A stretch of DNA of 64,000 nt from a virus (taxonomy: Duplodnaviria > Caudoviricetes), in the IMG/VR virus record IMGVR_UViG_3300029305_005387. One strand, written 5' to 3'. Each line of letters starts with the position of its first letter. Position 1 is the first letter of the stretch. This document shows, piece by piece, positions 61,401 to 64,000 of the stretch. Both the position numbers and the translations under genes were made by a program. The notes under the pieces are model-generated. The model did no database searches. It saw only the letters and a list, made by a program, of their open reading frames with translations, and was not told the origin of the DNA.

Positions 61401-61525
61401 CTGGACGTTGGAGTGAAGAAGATGATATTCTTATGAGAAATAGAAAATCATTTGAACGAATTCAAACAAAAACTGCTGATCTCGAAGGATGGAAAGACTT
61501 TGTAGAATCATATGTTCCAAATTAA
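58454..61525 (+). CDS. Large putative virion (baseplate-like) protein
   Basis: AGGAGG RBS + GTG; KGTxxxxxxLxxILG motif seen in baseplate wedge proteins. Confidence 0.5.
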   Translation: MSKSTKQNGPLQNLFVDIKKILDFTEFKDLAAAKAAETELSKGMAEVWMNAIVKNDNYITYKKWWTKAMFQEISNNIKTLEYNYFINNPFNVPLKYRENLLIKGREAFLNQYVEQNDYYRKLSGLPPFETPESDYIYMSEELREKLHVENIPVHEMNVYIQNNYMNTEEYQNVLKNNPEKEYLKYLGRYKIDIYTARKAKDFDIIRYPSNRADINPNVLSAFASLYTDYREYVMVVLYNSKLEETHVNYRTFMGVLIISFALLQIGNKALESVNNHKYLDDAVLHTILSMYGIPESLLLTQDVRRDLAANILKLVRNKGTEDVYYDLMRILGYQDVTISKLMLMKGQEFDSENNNAALSSVNPYFLQLDLKDDNPYETIASGKAHIFDYHSIIDKDPTWWDLPDVQKILKESAYTLTDSKYIMIESVVHQMKYVFESIYFTRMILDNKTLTDEFNIEVPELFGKEMISVYDLILFVICATCMTNGLSGLINTETDKLLATAGFNFDLDIDSFIEFLNTTRYVDKNRIMKFLDNLSMNNIDDINRIFNDVMYPMREWLQEKISSSTIREEYVEYESIYRALYTYDFSRNKFLDDFEMPIETIKKKYNLSDEDLLAFKHFYPRSIDGKAVSVTEYNASVNNSRYHYPFLSLTENIDWYIHITLDTPDGKVDDRGYLYFHDILNSDNLLTLTNPDGTRVFMDYEDAEIGWEVNKQAVDKAISLISQLDDKALKNGYFQVYTPILNSHGKYYSDKEKLPATIRNSGIYKDILIDKIIMDTNGLATQPKTYFEALYRKNENLYNLLMKDDRFNRNKDAWMNDIMTIVMAIETGLNVHLKYFEQSVLGEELFFKPLITLIKHFKSKLVQIAKTGLKYVFDDKIDVGGNSNMFKMFDNVQFLVHFSTIDQKGYDSQFGFYDTERRITHHIIMKDRSEILRMVSGEGFLAETRESRMGSMRLVDEVKLSKNGTPLDPNGHSSVWFSGEPGTGRWSEEDDILMRNRKSFERIQTKTADLEGWKDFVESYVPN

Positions 61526-61565
61526 TAAAAAAATAAAAGATAAGGAGTGGTGTTAACACCACTCC

Positions 61566-62144
61566 TTATCTTTTATTATAAACCAATGAGTGGATTTTAT
61601 CACTTATAGTACCCCATATAACATATTGGAAATATTCAATACATCTTATTCTTCTACATTCATATGGAATTTTAATATTATCATTGATGAATTGTGTTAT
61701 TTTATTACTATAACATGGATTCTTTTTATCTGGATAATACCATTTTGGTTTCTTCGTACTGATATAAAAATTTGGAATATCTTTGTAAAAATGTTGGAAT
61801 TGACTAGATGTAGGATCTATATGAAAGTGATATCCGAGCATACTTAATTCAACCCATGTATGTTCATAGAACCATTTATTTGATTTTAATACAGGAGTGT
61901 GTTTTTGTTCACCATGTACAATTTTTATTTTTATTTTGAAACACTGATATTGCCAGTGTTCGTCTAATTGTTGATAAAATTCGTATTCAAATAATTTTGA
62001 AGCTCTATCACATAATCCAGTTAGTTTTAAATTATCAGGATTTTCAGCTAGTAATTTATTTCGTACCCTTATTACAGCAGGTAAAATTAAATCATTTATT
62101 ATTTTCTCTTTATTAGTTTTATGATTTAAATAATCATTATCCAT
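61566..62144 (-). CDS. Putative papain/transglutaminase-fold protein
   Basis: GLCDRAS...HTWVEL...IDPT, a Cys-His-Asp pattern. Confidence 0.5.
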   Translation of the reverse strand: MDNDYLNHKTNKEKIINDLILPAVIRVRNKLLAENPDNLKLTGLCDRASKLFEYEFYQQLDEHWQYQCFKIKIKIVHGEQKHTPVLKSNKWFYEHTWVELSMLGYHFHIDPTSSQFQHFYKDIPNFYISTKKPKWYYPDKKNPCYSNKITQFINDNIKIPYECRRIRCIEYFQYVIWGTISDKIHSLVYNKR

Positions 62145-62209
62145 AATTCTTCTCTCCTCATATAAAAGAAAGGATTGGGGTTTATATAAACCCCAATCCG
62201 TGTTAATGG

Positions 62210-62368
62210 TTACTCAGTGAAATATTCAAGTTCTGTCTGTTTATTATTTTTTGTTTCAGTGATTGAATTATCTTTGATCTTTTTCTTTTCTTCCTCTTCT
62301 TTCATTTCCATAGAAAGTCGATATTTTAGATCATTATCACTATTTGCTCTTACTGTCGTCTTTTCCAT
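62210..62368 (-). CDS. Small hypothetical protein, 52 aa (MEKTTVRANSDNDLKY...), not in ORF track
   Basis: AAGGAG RBS, ATG 62368, TAA 62210, followed by hairpin 62172-62199. Confidence 0.55.
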   Translation of the reverse strand: MEKTTVRANSDNDLKYRLSMEMKEEEEKKKIKDNSITETKNNKQTELEYFTE

Positions 62369-62522
62369 TTGTTAAAAACTCCTTTCCGCTCATTTTGACA
62401 TTCTTATCAATTTTTACTAAATGTGAATATCTACCACATTTAATTCTACCTGTTTTAATCTGAGATATAATTGAATCTAATGAAGTATCTTTATACTCCT
62501 CATATCTGTCTTGACAACGCAT
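62340..62522 (-). CDS. Small hypothetical protein
   Basis: AGGAGG RBS before ATG 62522; TATATTCT at 62547-62554. Confidence 0.6.
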   Translation of the reverse strand: MRCQDRYEEYKDTSLDSIISQIKTGRIKCGRYSHLVKIDKNVKMSGKEFLTNGKDDSKSK

Positions 62523-62597
62523 AAACTTCAACCTCCTTCTAACTATAGAATATATAAGTGAACTCGAAAATTAAATATTCAAATATTTTAAGAAAGG

Positions 62598-63656
62598 ATG
62601 TATAAAATGGATACAAATAATATTTTATCTCTCAATTTATGTGATAATATTATTGATGAGATATTCGGTAAAAAAGAATTTCTAGAATTCTCTTATGCAC
62701 TGAATTTTTTAGATGAATACGGATCTCCAAAAACTTTTTTAGAAAAAGTTGAAGATGAAGAGTTTGGAATGCGTAAAAAGATGTCTAGAATTGCGAAGAA
62801 TACTAAAGATACAGCTAGAGAAACTATAAAAGTATATGGACAATTAACTGACGCCGGCGGTGGGTTAGTTAAAACTGGCTGGGATTTAATGATGAAATGT
62901 ATTACCCTTGGTACAAAAACTATTTGGTTTATCATTAAAACAATTACAAAAATACCTAAAGCTCTCCTGGATATCATTAATAAGATTGAACAAATTCCAA
63001 GCGATATTGTTAATAAAATCAAGGGTAATATTAAATTATACATTACCGTTGATGATCTTGAAATGTTGTATAATAATTCTCTACTTAGACGCTTAGATGA
63101 TTATATCGAAGTAATCACTGCATTAACTAAAGGAGAAATGTGGGGAACATTTTTCAATAAAATACAGCGTAGAAACGATACCGGTAAACCTTTTTCATTT
63201 AGAATCAATCAGAATGACATGAAATTATGTCGTAAGGCTGAAGCATTATATAACACAATAGAAAATATTAAATTTAGTCAAAGTGTAATTGAAATGAATA
63301 ATCAAGAAGTTATTCAAACTTACTTTGGAAACGACAAACGAGTTATTTCATTTACAGATCTAAAAGGTAAACAACATCAAGGGACTTATTATGAAACATT
63401 AATTCAGTTAATGAAAGATATCGAAAGTCGTAAAAGTTCATTAGAACTTATACAAACTGATTTTGGTAAAAAATATGATGATAATCAACTTGCCCAGGAA
63501 TTTGCTAAGTTAGGAGTAATGGCTCAGAATAGAGTTGTAACTACTATGCAGCAGATATCCAAAGTTTTATCTATTATAGGGAACATAATAAAATATGTTA
63601 CTACTGATATCAATACTATGGATACCACTATTAAGAAACTTTTGAAATCTAAATAA
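62598..63656 (+). CDS. Hypothetical protein (possibly virion-associated)
   Basis: 352-aa ORF; start may be 62607. Confidence 0.7.
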   Translation: MYKMDTNNILSLNLCDNIIDEIFGKKEFLEFSYALNFLDEYGSPKTFLEKVEDEEFGMRKKMSRIAKNTKDTARETIKVYGQLTDAGGGLVKTGWDLMMKCITLGTKTIWFIIKTITKIPKALLDIINKIEQIPSDIVNKIKGNIKLYITVDDLEMLYNNSLLRRLDDYIEVITALTKGEMWGTFFNKIQRRNDTGKPFSFRINQNDMKLCRKAEALYNTIENIKFSQSVIEMNNQEVIQTYFGNDKRVISFTDLKGKQHQGTYYETLIQLMKDIESRKSSLELIQTDFGKKYDDNQLAQEFAKLGVMAQNRVVTTMQQISKVLSIIGNIIKYVTTDINTMDTTIKKLLKSK

Positions 63657-63660
63657 AAAA

Positions 63661-63696
63661 ATAATACAAGGGAAGCATAATGCTTCCCTTGTATTA
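63661..63696. terminator. Bidirectional terminator
   Basis: ataatacaagggaagcat/atgcttcccttgtattat. Confidence 0.75.
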
Positions 63697-63700
63697 TATA

Positions 63701-64000
63701 TTAAATATTTGGAATCTGCCAATCTATTGTATGAGGTTGTGTTTCATATAAATATTCATTCGCTTTGATAAAGTGATTACAACCAAAGAATGCTCCTCCT
63801 GCAAGTGGACTTGGATGAGCAGCTTCTAATATTAGGTGAGTATTTGGTTGAATTAAAGAAGCTTTTCTTCTTGCATAATTGCCCCATAACATAAATATTA
63901 GACTCTGATCTTTTTGTCCTAATGAATAGATAATGTAATCTGTTAATCGTTCCCAACCAATATTGTCATGTGAACGACTCTTACCTCTTTCAACTGACAA
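63701..64000 (-). CDS. ung: Uracil-DNA glycosylase family 1 (C-terminal part, truncated by window)
   Basis: SH..IGWE.LTD, FMLWG, AHPSPL, FFGCNHF..AN. Confidence 0.92.
   Translation of the reverse strand: MSVERGKSRSHDNIGWERLTDYIIYSLGQKDQSLIFMLWGNYARRKASLIQPNTHLILEAAHPSPLAGGAFFGCNHFIKANEYLYETQPHTIDWQIPNI

Noticed and set aside
1-64000. Stop-codon reassignment as seen in some gut jumbo phages
   Set aside because: Genes are long and intact under the standard code, with high coding density.

Overview
A 64 kb, AT-rich segment of a phiKZ/AR9-like jumbo phage genome. Strong AGGAGG ribosome-binding sites and M23/CHAP/lysozyme domains in the tail protein point to a Firmicute host. Core genes are a phage multisubunit RNAP beta' subunit, a PhuZ/TubZ tubulin, half of a split family-B DNA polymerase, primase, RecA/UvsX, an SF2 helicase, an NrdG-type radical SAM activase, uracil-DNA glycosylase, a cold-shock protein, and large virion proteins including a 3221-aa tape-measure/lysin. 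The gyrB gene is interrupted exactly at EGD|SA by a group I intron carrying an HNH endonuclease. The most striking unexplained element is at 1731-2275. It is an array of five structured RNA units with covarying stems, an invariant YACAGCAA motif and a 3' UAUG, placed between a candidate early promoter and a DUF2828 (TROVE/Ro60-like + vWA) gene, which suggests an RNA-array/RNP system. Other notable items are a helically phased 11-bp iteron array (15119-15204), a promoter-linked structured RNA (31021-31111), a free-standing degenerate intein, and a gene split by a +1 shift in a C6 run. All calls come from motif recognition by eye; no database searches were run.
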